Virus record (IMG/VR): IMGVR_UViG_3300035180_001708
Reading direction: 5' to 3' (one strand)
Length of the DNA: 30,202 nt
DNA from: an uncultured virus (IMG/VR IMGVR_UViG_3300035180_001708)
Lineage: Duplodnaviria > Heunggongvirae > Uroviricota > Caudoviricetes
How positions within the stretch are numbered: the stretch's first letter is position 1; each line of letters begins with the position of its first letter. A program made the translations under genes and the position numbers. Shown piece by piece: positions 1 through 10,000 of this stretch. The notes below the pieces were generated by a model. That model saw only the letters and a program-made list of their open reading frames with translations. It was not told the DNA's origin and made no database searches.

Positions 1-310
1 CTGGAAAGCCACCAAGAATGGATTCTATTTTTGGTGCTCAAAGTTATTGGACTACAACGAGTATGGGGCTCGCCGAGCTTTTCTGCGAGAAGCTATAAAC
101 TTTGACTTTCACCTGGAAGAGGTGAAGCTTGCATCTGCTAGCCCCAAGAAGTTTCCAGGAGGACCAATAAAGTGGAAAGCTGCCACTGACCCTGCTCCTG
201 CAGATGATTTCTGGAATGCAGGGATTGGCGCACAAGAAGAAGGCCCGGTCCATATGGCTGATGTGCCTGCAGCCAACAATATTGTACTGAACCCCGGCGA
301 GGAGTTCTAA
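1..310 (+). CDS. 3' part of a hypothetical phage protein, truncated at the window start
   Basis: The frame is open from position 2 (WKATKNGFYFWCSKLLDYNEYGARRAFL...) to TAA at 308-310, followed directly by a terminator. It converges on the minus-strand late region. Confidence 0.65.
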   Translation, partial: WKATKNGFYFWCSKLLDYNEYGARRAFLREAINFDFHLEEVKLASASPKKFPGGPIKWKAATDPAPADDFWNAGIGAQEEGPVHMADVPAANNIVLNPGEEF

Positions 311-365
311 AAAAAAAGGACCCTTCTGGCATTACGCCGGAGGGGTCCACTTTCTTTTTTTTTTC
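309..365. terminator. Bidirectional intrinsic terminator
   Basis: A-run 309-317, then hairpin GGACCCTTCTGGC-ATTAC-GCCGGAGGGGTCC (318-348), then T-rich run 351-365. It sits exactly between the convergent stop codons at 310 and 369. Confidence 0.9.
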
Positions 366-368
366 TGA

Positions 369-590
369 TCAACAACCAGCATCAAAACCGGAGATTAGTT
401 TCTCTCCAGCAACAACAGACACAGGGCCTCCATCTACCAGGAGAGCGTCATTCAAGTTGTCAATCAAGGGTGACAATCCGTCACAAACACCACGTTCAGT
501 TACTACCGGGCTTATTTTTACGAGCGGCTTGCCTTGCTCGCAGGCGCTCAAGAGCAACGGCAGTACTGTTAGGAACACTAGTAGCTTCAT
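369..590 (-). CDS. Outer-membrane lipoprotein spanin (o-spanin, Rz1-like)
   Basis: Start at 590 (SD AAGGAGAG). MKLLVFLTVLPLLLSAC is a signal peptide with lipobox LSA-C. It overlaps the upstream i-spanin in another frame and is the last gene of the lysis cassette. Confidence 0.8.
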   Translation of the reverse strand: MKLLVFLTVLPLLLSACEQGKPLVKISPVVTERGVCDGLSPLIDNLNDALLVDGGPVSVVAGEKLISGFDAGC

Positions 591-693
591 TGATTCTCTC
601 CTTGGTCTTGTCAGCCTTTGCAGAGGCAAAAATACTAAGCAACTTGTAGAGACTATCTACAATTGCAGACAAAATAGACACAAAATTAATCAT
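496..693 (-). CDS. Inner-membrane spanin (i-spanin, Rz-like)
   Basis: N-terminal hydrophobic segment followed by a short helical/basic tail. It lies between the holin and the overlapping lipoprotein gene, with ATGA coupling to the holin. Confidence 0.65.
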   Translation of the reverse strand: MINFVSILSAIVDSLYKLLSIFASAKADKTKERINEATSVPNSTAVALERLRARQAARKNKPGSN

Positions 694-857
694 TGCTTCT
701 TTTCCTGTTTAGTCCACCAGTCAGCTCCAAAAGCAGCACCAGCAAAGGTTGTAAAGGGCCAAGCAACGATTTTCAAGGCCTCTAGGTGATTATACCAGAG
801 CAGTACTCCAAGAGTCAAGAGGAGTACCGATGCAATTTCACGTTTCCAAGTTTTCAT
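690..857 (-). CDS. Putative holin, 55 aa (absent from the ORF track)
   Basis: Manual translation: MKTWKREIASVLLLTLGVLLWYNHLEALKIVAWPFTTFAGAAFGADWWTKQEKKQ*. Two hydrophobic segments, a charged C-terminus, and ATGA overlaps with the endolysin and the i-spanin. Confidence 0.7.
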   Translation of the reverse strand: MKTWKREIASVLLLTLGVLLWYNHLEALKIVAWPFTTFAGAAFGADWWTKQEKKQ

Positions 858-1327
858 TTAATCAACTCAAAATGTGGCCAATCATTAAAGTCAGAACCAG
901 GATGTTTCAAGTTGTAACGTAGAGGTGCTGCCTTGATATCCGAAAGAGAAGAGCCATAGTCTCTCATGTCTTCGTACCAGTTACCACCCCAAATCAAACC
1001 GAGATCAAGGTGTTTAGCTGCCAGAGACATGGCGACAGCAATGGTCAACTGCCTCGGAATAGAGTTTACGTCAAAGCCTGAGCCTGCTACGTAGGGAGTT
1101 AGATCAACTGCTCTACCTGATTGATGGTTAGATTTTTTGTTGTAGCCATCCAATTGTGACAAGCCTCGTTTAAACAACTGGTTTTGATAGGCTGCTGTTC
1201 GGTAGGCTACATCAGTAACACCAAAATCTTGAGTGCTAACAGACAAAGCGTACTTTACAAGATCAATCATACGAGGATCAACTCCACGAAGGTTTTCTAG
1301 TGAACGAGTACTCAGTGTGTAAGGCAT
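854..1327 (-). CDS. Endolysin, M15-family zinc peptidase (L-Ala-D-Glu peptidase type)
   Basis: Motifs SNHQSGRAVDL (SxHxxGxAxD), WGGNW and DWPHFEL. The N-terminus LSTRSLENLRGVDP is typical of T5-like M15 endolysins. Confidence 0.9.
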   Translation of the reverse strand: MPYTLSTRSLENLRGVDPRMIDLVKYALSVSTQDFGVTDVAYRTAAYQNQLFKRGLSQLDGYNKKSNHQSGRAVDLTPYVAGSGFDVNSIPRQLTIAVAMSLAAKHLDLGLIWGGNWYEDMRDYGSSLSDIKAAPLRYNLKHPGSDFNDWPHFELIK

Positions 1328-1740
1328 TAGCTGACTCCTAGAACAGTCAAGACTGTTTGTTTGTCAAGAGAAAGACTTTCAATTACGTCATCAAACAACG
1401 CAGAGGTGCAGTCTACTTCAGACAACACAAACCATTCTATTTCATTTTCAAAACAAGTAGTTGGGTCTGGGTTAGTTGAGCTATAGCCGTTCAGAACAAG
1501 AGAGTAAGCTACTTCTCGGGAAATTAGCGCGTTGTAGAAAAGTGTCTTGACAAAGTCTACTTTTTTTACCTTGTGTTGTAAAGAGGTAACAGGCGCGCCT
1601 GAGTTGACCCAACCAGAAGTGGACCAGACTTGATCTCCAACAGGTTCAGGGACTTCAATTGCTCCTTCAGGTGGTTCGGCCCCGTCAATAAAGGCTCCGA
1701 GCAAGTTGCCTTGGTCATCTTTATAAAATTTAACTGACAT
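1327..1740 (-). CDS. Putative tail fibre assembly/chaperone protein
   Basis: Likely start MSVKFY at 1740 (TAATG coupling). The YKDDQGNLLGAF..PPEGAIEVPEP..QVW...W pattern is typical of small genes that follow fibre genes. Confidence 0.55.
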   Translation of the reverse strand: MSVKFYKDDQGNLLGAFIDGAEPPEGAIEVPEPVGDQVWSTSGWVNSGAPVTSLQHKVKKVDFVKTLFYNALISREVAYSLVLNGYSSTNPDPTTCFENEIEWFVLSEVDCTSALFDDVIESLSLDKQTVLTVLGVS

Positions 1741-2564
1741 TACAGCCAAGCCCTCACAATCAAGTTCCAGTAGTTCTTATCAAAGCCCATTGTGCTACCA
1801 GCTGGTGCGTAGGTAGTTGCTGGGTAAGTAGCAGAAAGTTTTAGATAAATGTTAGTGTCGTCTGCAAACATACCAAAAGTCAAGGTAGTAAGGTGAAACT
1901 GAACTTCGGTACCAACTGTAAAACCATAGGTTCCTATTTTACAAATAAAACTACCATTCAGCAGCAAGGGTACATCACCAAGCCCGTGAGCAAAAGTGTA
2001 GCTGGTACTATAGTTGAAGACTGTAGGGCTAGAGACATAAAACTTAGAAAAGCTAGAAGATGAAGAAATTACAACATCACCCGCAATACCTTTTGGATTG
2101 GTAATAGTAATACCCGTTCCCGCGGTAATGCTCCTCGCAGCAACGCTATTAGGCCCTGTCTTTGTCAAGAAGCCAGTAGTACCTGAGAGAATTGCAGCAA
2201 TGTTTGAAAGAATTGTGGAGGAAGCCTGTTTTCCATTCAACTGAGTTTGGATGGGTCCAGTAACGTTGTCTACGTAGTTTAGCTCTGTTACTGTTGATGC
2301 TAGTCCTGCAAGGCTGATGCCTGTTGCAAGGGTAATAACACCGCCTGAGTAAGTCAGCACAGGTCTCCAGGCACCAGACCAGTAAATATTGAGCACCTTA
2401 GTGCTAGCGGAAGAGTCAATCCAAAGTTTACCATTCACTACGTCTTGTGTAGGAGCAGTGGAACCTTCATGACAAGAGTTGACAGCTGCCAAGGCCGCAT
2501 TGAGGGCCGCCGTGAAGGCGGTCCCCGATTGCGTAGCAGCCACCACTAGAGAAGCTTGGGTCAT
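1740..2564 (-). CDS. Tail fibre / receptor-binding-type protein
   Basis: N-terminal LNAALAAVNSCHEGSTAP...GKLWIDSS attachment-like segment, a TELNYVDNVTGPIQTQLNGKQ fibre motif and a C-terminal AHGLGDVP beta-rich domain. It follows the central tip protein. Confidence 0.7.
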   Translation of the reverse strand: MTQASLVVAATQSGTAFTAALNAALAAVNSCHEGSTAPTQDVVNGKLWIDSSASTKVLNIYWSGAWRPVLTYSGGVITLATGISLAGLASTVTELNYVDNVTGPIQTQLNGKQASSTILSNIAAILSGTTGFLTKTGPNSVAARSITAGTGITITNPKGIAGDVVISSSSSFSKFYVSSPTVFNYSTSYTFAHGLGDVPLLLNGSFICKIGTYGFTVGTEVQFHLTTLTFGMFADDTNIYLKLSATYPATTYAPAGSTMGFDKNYWNLIVRAWL

Positions 2565-2567
2565 TGT

Positions 2568-5500
2568 TTAAATTCCTGATGCATGCCAATCGATGTCGCG
2601 AACGACTCGTGCCCCTGCGTTGTATACAGAGACAGTAAAACTCGTCTTACTACGAGCAACAACAACAACGTTGTCGCCAGAAGAACCACCAACAGGGGTT
2701 ACTGCAACTGTAGGCACAACTGTCCCAGAAATGCCTCCATAAAAAGGAGTCGGGAAAGTCACTACAGTATCTGCTGAGCTGCTTGTGGTTGTGTTTCCTC
2801 TGTAGTTCTTGTTCTTGATATCAATTATCAAACTTAGAGAGGTAAACTGGAAGAAAGAGTTTGAGTCTGCGGTATTAGCATTAACTCTGATTTTGAAATA
2901 CCTACCTGTTAGAGTAGCCGAAGTAATGAGCGAGTAAGGAGTGAAGGTGATGTTGTCCTCTGAATAAGAAACATAGAACCTAACATAACCAGAGCCCACA
3001 GGCCCACTAAAGGAAGTCATGGAGCTGATGTCTGAATAGTCGGAAACCAGTGTGCCACGAGTAGTACAACTAGCAACATACTGTGGAGTTATACGGACAT
3101 CCACTACTTCATTGATATCAATAGGGTTACTTGCATAGTAGTACGACATATTAGTCGTTCCAGTATCTTGGGTAAGAACACCAGAGATAACAGAACATCT
3201 TGTCTTGAGACCAGTATAGGTGTTTGGTATAACTGTGTTTGTAACAACAGTGTAGTTAAAACCACCATACTTGTTCACAACACTAGCAAAGTTAGCTGAC
3301 TGCTGGCCGGTAGAGTCTATAAACTTGATAAAGTAAGTCCCAATCATTGTTGGCACTGAGTAGGTAATCATGCTACCCGGAACCTTAGATGTTACTTCTG
3401 TCGCAGCTTCCCAAGTGGCCGACCCGTCAATTGCTGGGTGCAGTCTTATAAGCACAAGCCCACCGTAGGCAACATCAATGTCAGGAGTTGGATCCCAGGA
3501 CAAAATAGTCTGCCCGCTGGCCCCGTTGGACAAAGTCAGGTTAGTTGGGTCTGCTGGCAGGGCTGTCAACCCAAGAGCAACAAACTCACGGTAGACATAG
3601 TCTGAAATGTATCCATTACGACCTATGGCGTTAAGTCTAACAACATATGAGCCAGCCAACACATCATCAATACGAATACTTGTGCCAGAAGTTTCACCAA
3701 CAAAGATCCAGTCAACTGCTGTTGACAAACGATAGCTTACTGCGTATCTGGAAGTAATAACAACTCCTGAAGAAGGATTTGCATTCCAAGAAACAACAAG
3801 TCTTGATTTAACTCCTGCTGCTTCATTGAGGTAGTAAAGCTCTTCTGTAACAGTAGGAATTGACGGCTCCGGAGGAGTGTTGTCAAGGTAAGTGTAACGA
3901 GTCACTACACCTGAGGACAGTCTACCAAGTTGAGAAATAGAACGGACTCTGAAGACATAAGTCCCAGTTTCAAGACCAGTGATGCTATAGCTCTGAGCGG
4001 TAGTTGTTCCCAGTGGCAAGTAAGTAGTATCCGGATCAACAACCCACAATCCAAGACCAGAGTCAAAGTAAGAATTGTCAATATAGTAATCAACAATATA
4101 ACTGCTCGGAGTCTGAGTAATTGGGCTATCCCAACTAATTTTCATAGTTCTATTAGGATCTTTAGTTTCAGCACCAAGAGAAACAGTCACATTCCTGGGA
4201 TTTTTAACCCCGTCGTAGTAAGTTATTTTCTTGACATAGGCGACATCGTCAGGGGCATTGAAGGCATAGTTAGTGTAGCTATGGTAGTCAGCCTCAAGGT
4301 TTGCTGTAAAGTCCTCATTGAGTTTTACAGACTTGATTTTGAAGATCTCACCGTTCACATAGGTATTTCGATCATTGATAAGAACAAGATCGCCTGGTTC
4401 AAGAAGAGTTGCTTCCCCTCTTGCCTTAAAGGCTATGGAGTAAGAGTTTCTTGAAGTTCTGACCATTTGCTCGGCCTTGGCCTTAGCATGGTAAGGGTCT
4501 GTAGTTCCCGGCAAGTAAACTTCTGTTTTAAGAACCTGTCCGCTGTCTTCTGTTACATAAGTGTTGTAGACAGTCGAATAGGTTTCTGGCCAAGTTTTTA
4601 CATCATCCTTAAAATTTTCATTCTCGTTCTTAAAGGAAGCAGTGACTTGAGCGTAGCGAGTGCTAGAGTCAGGCCAGGTCAAGGTAATAGTATCTCTAAC
4701 AAGGTTGTCGTTGTTGATTTCCAGAACAACCAGGGCAGATTGTTTTGCTTCGTTGGTAGGGTACATCAGCGAGAGTTTATAGGTGCCTGATGACCAAATC
4801 AACTCGGCTTCACTCATTGTTTCTAGAATTAGTTCAATATTGTCTCTGATCGACCGCTCGGTGTCAACAACCATATTACACTCGTACAAAGGCAAAGGAC
4901 GATCAGGACTAGGTGGCTGAGCTATGGTGTTGCCATCTTCATCTTCTTCGTCGGGTCTACGACCAAAAATCTTACCATCGGTAGCAACGGCGGGAATTAC
5001 CACAGTATTACAAATCTTTTGAGCATTGTAGAAGCTTTTAAGATCAATTTCACTGAGGTCTAGCCCTCGGCCATAAACAGGATTAGTTAGGTAGTCCAGC
5101 AAAACTCTTGCTGGATTGTTAGAATAAGTTTTTGTGTCTGACAAGTAGTAGGTAGCGCCTGACTTCATTACCTCATAGATCATCATACCTTCAACATAAA
5201 AAGACAAAGAAGGATTACCATTGTACTGGTAAGAGTCCCGGTTTAATTCGTAGGCACTAGAGCTGTAGCAAGTGTTGGAAAAGATGTTAGTTGAAGGAAA
5301 AGAGTTAGCGGTAGCCATTGGGTCAGCAATGTTACCATCAAGGTAAACATTGATTTGCTGACCAAACTTTAGTGTTTCATGATCCCAGTTTTTCCCATCG
5401 ACTTCGATATCAACAATTCTATTGATTCCACCGTAGCAAATAGCTTGCTGAGAAAACAAATAAGGGTGATTAAAACTGATATGGCTTGCATTGAGTGCAT

Positions 5501-5819
5501 TGCCATTAGTGTAGCGATTGATCCGGGGGTCACTAGTTCCTGGTGCGTAGTTAAAGTACTTGCTGAGTTTTACTGAGGTAACCCCCCCAGCAACCTTGCC
5601 ACGTCCATAAACTAGAGGCAAATAGAAAGGTTCACCTTGAACGGCAACTTCTACCTGTTTTCTCTTATCCATTTCAGTGGCAAGTTTTTTCTGCCGGTAT
5701 TGCTGCCAGGCAACAGACCCAAGAAAAGTTGCTACCTGGAGACCTGTAATTGTGATAGTGGCTCCCGCCGCAGCTGAGGCAAAGGCAGATAGCCCTACTG
5801 CAATAGTTGAAAAGATCAT
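2568..5819 (-). CDS. Central tail fibre / tip attachment protein (lambda J-like, host specificity) with FN3-like repeats
   Basis: 1083 aa. Motifs LPLVYGRGKVAG, YSNNPARVLLDYLTNPVYGRG and LEPGDLV; FN3-like segments (ISWDSP...YVFRVRSI; GRNG); C-terminal DWHASG. Confidence 0.85.
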   Translation of the reverse strand: MIFSTIAVGLSAFASAAAGATITITGLQVATFLGSVAWQQYRQKKLATEMDKRKQVEVAVQGEPFYLPLVYGRGKVAGGVTSVKLSKYFNYAPGTSDPRINRYTNGNALNASHISFNHPYLFSQQAICYGGINRIVDIEVDGKNWDHETLKFGQQINVYLDGNIADPMATANSFPSTNIFSNTCYSSSAYELNRDSYQYNGNPSLSFYVEGMMIYEVMKSGATYYLSDTKTYSNNPARVLLDYLTNPVYGRGLDLSEIDLKSFYNAQKICNTVVIPAVATDGKIFGRRPDEEDEDGNTIAQPPSPDRPLPLYECNMVVDTERSIRDNIELILETMSEAELIWSSGTYKLSLMYPTNEAKQSALVVLEINNDNLVRDTITLTWPDSSTRYAQVTASFKNENENFKDDVKTWPETYSTVYNTYVTEDSGQVLKTEVYLPGTTDPYHAKAKAEQMVRTSRNSYSIAFKARGEATLLEPGDLVLINDRNTYVNGEIFKIKSVKLNEDFTANLEADYHSYTNYAFNAPDDVAYVKKITYYDGVKNPRNVTVSLGAETKDPNRTMKISWDSPITQTPSSYIVDYYIDNSYFDSGLGLWVVDPDTTYLPLGTTTAQSYSITGLETGTYVFRVRSISQLGRLSSGVVTRYTYLDNTPPEPSIPTVTEELYYLNEAAGVKSRLVVSWNANPSSGVVITSRYAVSYRLSTAVDWIFVGETSGTSIRIDDVLAGSYVVRLNAIGRNGYISDYVYREFVALGLTALPADPTNLTLSNGASGQTILSWDPTPDIDVAYGGLVLIRLHPAIDGSATWEAATEVTSKVPGSMITYSVPTMIGTYFIKFIDSTGQQSANFASVVNKYGGFNYTVVTNTVIPNTYTGLKTRCSVISGVLTQDTGTTNMSYYYASNPIDINEVVDVRITPQYVASCTTRGTLVSDYSDISSMTSFSGPVGSGYVRFYVSYSEDNITFTPYSLITSATLTGRYFKIRVNANTADSNSFFQFTSLSLIIDIKNKNYRGNTTTSSSADTVVTFPTPFYGGISGTVVPTVAVTPVGGSSGDNVVVVARSKTSFTVSVYNAGARVVRDIDWHASGI

Positions 5820-6394
5820 CTTTTACCCCACCTTAGAAGCACTTCCTTAGCGTCAACAATGACCTCGTCAAAGCTAGTGTCTGTTACACCAATTGGTTTA
5901 AGTCTATTAATTCCTGATTTTGACACAAGAACCCCAGAAATATTATCAAGACTAGCCATTGGAGAAGCAGCTTGTATTTTTACTAGTTTTGTAGATTGGT
6001 CATTAGAAACAATAATACTGTCAATAATGCCTCTATAGGCTATGGAAATATTACCTGGGCCTAGGTCACTTGGATAAAAAGTAGTACCATACAACCCAAT
6101 CCAAATTGTTAGAGTTGCCCCGTACATTCCATTTCTCCATAGAATTTGCATCTCATTAGACGGATCCGCTACGATAAACTCGTAGATCTCTCTGTCAATT
6201 GAGGTGGAAATCCTAGGAGAACCAAAACCTATGGCGTTGCTACTTGCAAGAAAGGTATTTCCATCCATCACAAGGTTAGTTGTGTGGCTTGTCATCCTTA
6301 CCGGAGTCGGAGAAACACCAATCTCTGCGTACAGAACGGTACGAACACTAGCATCACTCAGGCGAGCTTTAAAATTTGATCCTACACTTCTCAT
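5816..6394 (-). CDS. Tail tip / baseplate hub protein (gpL-like position)
   Basis: Position between the distal tail protein and J. The C-terminus DTSFDEV...LRWGK resembles siphovirus minor tail proteins. Confidence 0.6.
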   Translation of the reverse strand: MRSVGSNFKARLSDASVRTVLYAEIGVSPTPVRMTSHTTNLVMDGNTFLASSNAIGFGSPRISTSIDREIYEFIVADPSNEMQILWRNGMYGATLTIWIGLYGTTFYPSDLGPGNISIAYRGIIDSIIVSNDQSTKLVKIQAASPMASLDNISGVLVSKSGINRLKPIGVTDTSFDEVIVDAKEVLLRWGKR

Positions 6395-7005
6395 ATTGCC
6401 TCTATGATTGAAACTTTATCAAGAGCGATAATTTGACCATCAGAGTAGGTTATACCGTTGATGTTCTCTGCCCCATCGAAAAAAGATAGTTGTGGTTGAC
6501 TACCAACAGAACCACCTGGAAAATAAACCGTCTCCCCTCCCGCCAAATCTACTTGTAGGCGTGGAAACAAGGATACGTTAAAGGAAGTTGTGTTAGTCGT
6601 GACAGTGTTGTTAACCATGTAAATTTTTGAATGGTTACTGAATTGGATGAAGGCACCCCTTGGAAGGATGCCCCCAGTCTGGCTACTCACAACAGGAACT
6701 AGCACAGTGTTAGCGGTTGTTGCACTAACAACTGTGCCATTTACGGTAGTGGTTGCAAGCCGATCTACTGAAACTAATTGTGGCATTGTCATTGTTTGAA
6801 CATTGACAATGTTGGTCACATTATCATAGAACAGTTCATTCTCGCTGCCAGTGTAGCTCACAGTGAAGTCAAGTTCCCAACGTTGGACGTTCATTGAGAT
6901 ACGTTGATGTTTTAGGCTCACGGAGTCTGAAGAGAAGAAAGGCTCGTTAGAGCGGATAGAAAGGGGTGCCAAAATCGGGTACCCCTTGTAGTAATAAACT
7001 GCCAT
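6391..7005 (-). CDS. Distal tail protein (Dit/gpM-like position)
   Basis: Immediately downstream of the tape measure gene with TAATG coupling. Motifs QRWELDF, GAFIQFSNHSKIYMV and FPRL. Confidence 0.6.
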   Translation of the reverse strand: MAVYYYKGYPILAPLSIRSNEPFFSSDSVSLKHQRISMNVQRWELDFTVSYTGSENELFYDNVTNIVNVQTMTMPQLVSVDRLATTTVNGTVVSATTANTVLVPVVSSQTGGILPRGAFIQFSNHSKIYMVNNTVTTNTTSFNVSLFPRLQVDLAGGETVYFPGGSVGSQPQLSFFDGAENINGITYSDGQIIALDKVSIIEAI

Positions 7006-10000
7006 TATCTGTTGCCTTTTTCGCGATTGGTCATGTTAACTCCAGCGGTAATATCCGGGATCATCTTAACGATTTCTTTGCGAGTTTGAGCAGAAACATC
7101 GCCAGTGACAGTTATATGGAAGTGTTGCTCAGCCTTCCCAGAAGCCTTACCACCACCCATGAGAGCAGTGGGAGGAGAACCAACCCGACCACCCCCGGCA
7201 AAGTGGGGAACAGAGCCAGAGTTAATAGAGTGCAGTAGTGGAGACCAACGTTTAGTAGCTGCTGCATTTACAACAAACTCTCCGTTAGACAACATTGCGG
7301 GAATAGAGTCACTAGTCCCGGTTCCTGGACCAGAAATATGGCCGCCGTCTGCCAAGTGGAACAACCCACCAAGCCAGCTGAGAGCACCAGCCAAGAATCC
7401 ACCACCGCCAGCGCCAGCGACTTTTCCGGCGACAGCAGTACCTACTCCAGCACCCATTTGTGCATTTCCAGAAAACATATTTGCAAAGATTGAATCGAGA
7501 TTCAGACCTTTGAAGATAGAGTTAGTGAAGGAGTCTACAAAACCAGAAATGATCTGGCTAGTAAAATCATCAATAAAACCAGAAATAGCTTGAAGAGGAG
7601 TTTCTGTTCCCGACAGTGCTGCCTTCAAGTGAGACTTCATTGAGTCAGACATAGACTTAGCACCGTCAACCCCAACTTGAGCAAAGTAATCTTTGTTCAT
7701 GTCAGAGGCTTCTTTGAGAGCTTGCTCAAGCTCCCAGACAGACTCTTCTAGTTTCTTAGCGTTTTCCTTAGTACGATCAGCAAGCCATTTGGCATGACGT
7801 TCCGCAGCTGTTGCAACCCTGATGCCCTTGGTTCGAGCGTCAGAGAGCTTATTTTCTGCGTCTGTTGCTGGTTCAATCCTTGTTCCTTGCCCACCAGTTA
7901 GGTAGTCCATAGTTGATTGAAAGAACCCAGGTTGCTCGGGTGCGAGACCATCTTTATGGTGGCCCATGCGACCGCTGTTGATCATTTGCAACACACCAGC
8001 AAACTTCTTAGATTGCTTAGCGTTGATCACAAACTCGCCATTAGACAGCATTGCGGGAATAGAATCGCTGGTTGCAGAGCCTGCACCAAAAACCCAACCG
8101 CCAGCTGCCCTACGTGTAGAGCCGTTAGCTTCGGGGTCTACTCGAGGAGTGGGAACATTCAACAACACGCCGCCGCCAAGACCACCACCCATGATGTAGA
8201 TGTTGGTTGCGTTGACCTTGAGATTGTCGAGAACAGCCTGAAACTCTCCAATTTTCTTATTAGAATCAGCAATCTGAACTGTAGCCATGGCCATTGTAGC
8301 CAGATCTTCGGGGTTCAGTCCAGTGTCCTCGTTAGATAAGGCATTAATTTGCAGTGAGTTCACTGGGAAAGCAGACAAGTAATTTTGGTTTGCAGTAAGT
8401 TTGTCTTGTTCTCTGCTCAACATTGCTTGGACTCTAGCAGGGAAATCTAGACCATCTAGGGCTAGCGCCCCAGGTTTACCTGCAATTGTTTTACCAAGAT
8501 TCTCATTAGCCTTGGACAAGGCATCAACCGCTAGAGCAAGCTTCAGGGGAGTGTCGGCAGTTGCAATGCTATCTTTAGCTACTGCAACACTATTCAGGTC
8601 CTTATCAAGGTTTCCTGTTGGGAATCCCATCTGCTGTTTCAGCCAGTCACTCAGTTCACTGCCAATTGACTTGACACCTTCCATAAAGTTCTTGATAAAC
8701 TCAGCACCTTGGTCACGAGCCATCTGAGGGTCAGTGTAGAGCAGAATGATCCACTTACCAGCACCAACAACAGCTTCGATACCTGCTTCGATTGCGTCTA
8801 GGACTCGATGCCCAATTTCCGCCATCTTCTCAGGACCCAGGAACCTTGCAATACCCAGACCAATTGCAGCAAGCAAACCAAGACCAAGAGCAAGAGGGAT
8901 ACTAGCACCAATTGCAATGGCACCTAGACCCACAACAAGCGCACTGGTTAGCGCATCAACAAACATACCCGCCATTTTTTGCGTGTCAGGAACAAGCTTT
9001 TCAACCATACCTTGCCCGTTCAGAGCAATAGACATAACTTCCATCACAGCAACAGAAAGAATAGCTGCATAGGCTACTTTGTTACCCCTGATAGACTCGG
9101 CCATTGCCGTAAACGCAGGGCCAAAGACAGTAATAGTCTTAGCAGCCATGTACTTTGTCAATCCAGTGGTCATACTAGCGGCAAGACCACTACCTACAGC
9201 CACTGCGAGTTCAGCACCTATGATAGCACCAACTTGTTGAGCGGCGCTCCAGTCTTGGTGAGATTCTGTTACCCAATCGACGACAGGTTTGACTGCAATA
9301 GCTGCACCAATGACAGCACCACGAGTACCTGCTTTACCACCAAACAATTTTGCCAACAAACTCTTAGTAATCTTTTGTTTGATAGTGGTCCAGTCTCGGT
9401 TTTGAATCCAGCCAACACCAGCTTCAGAAAACTGACTTGCAAGCAGGCCAATCATTGTACCGGCAACAGTAGAAACACCCTTGACAGCTAGTTCTTGGTT
9501 AGAGCTAAGCCCAACACCTTCAACCATTTGTCCACCAATCCACATACCAATAGCGGCACCAAGCCCACCAATCGCAACACGTTGAACACCCTTGACCTTG
9601 GTTGGGAAGGCATCAGCAATCATGTTTTCCATTGTTTTCACAAAGACAGCAGAAAGATTTTTAGTCTTTGATTTCATGCCTTGGGGCAGGGGCAAGCTCA
9701 TACCCATGGCCATTGAAGTTCCAAGCATGGTAATAACTGCAGAAGCAATTTTCATGCTTTGGGACAATGGACCACCAGTCAATTGCTCTATGATAGGATC
9801 AATAACTGACTGAGAAATAGCAAAACCAATAGCTGCACTAGTTACCAAACCAAAGGCACTTGACAAGAAGCCAGGGCCAACTTCTGCTGGTTGAGCTTTG
9901 CTCATCTTTCTGCCGTTAACAGTTACTCCAGGTTTTTTCCTTGCGTCCTTAACTTTTTTCGAAAGACCTTCACCAGTCATCATGGCGTAGGCAGCGTCAG

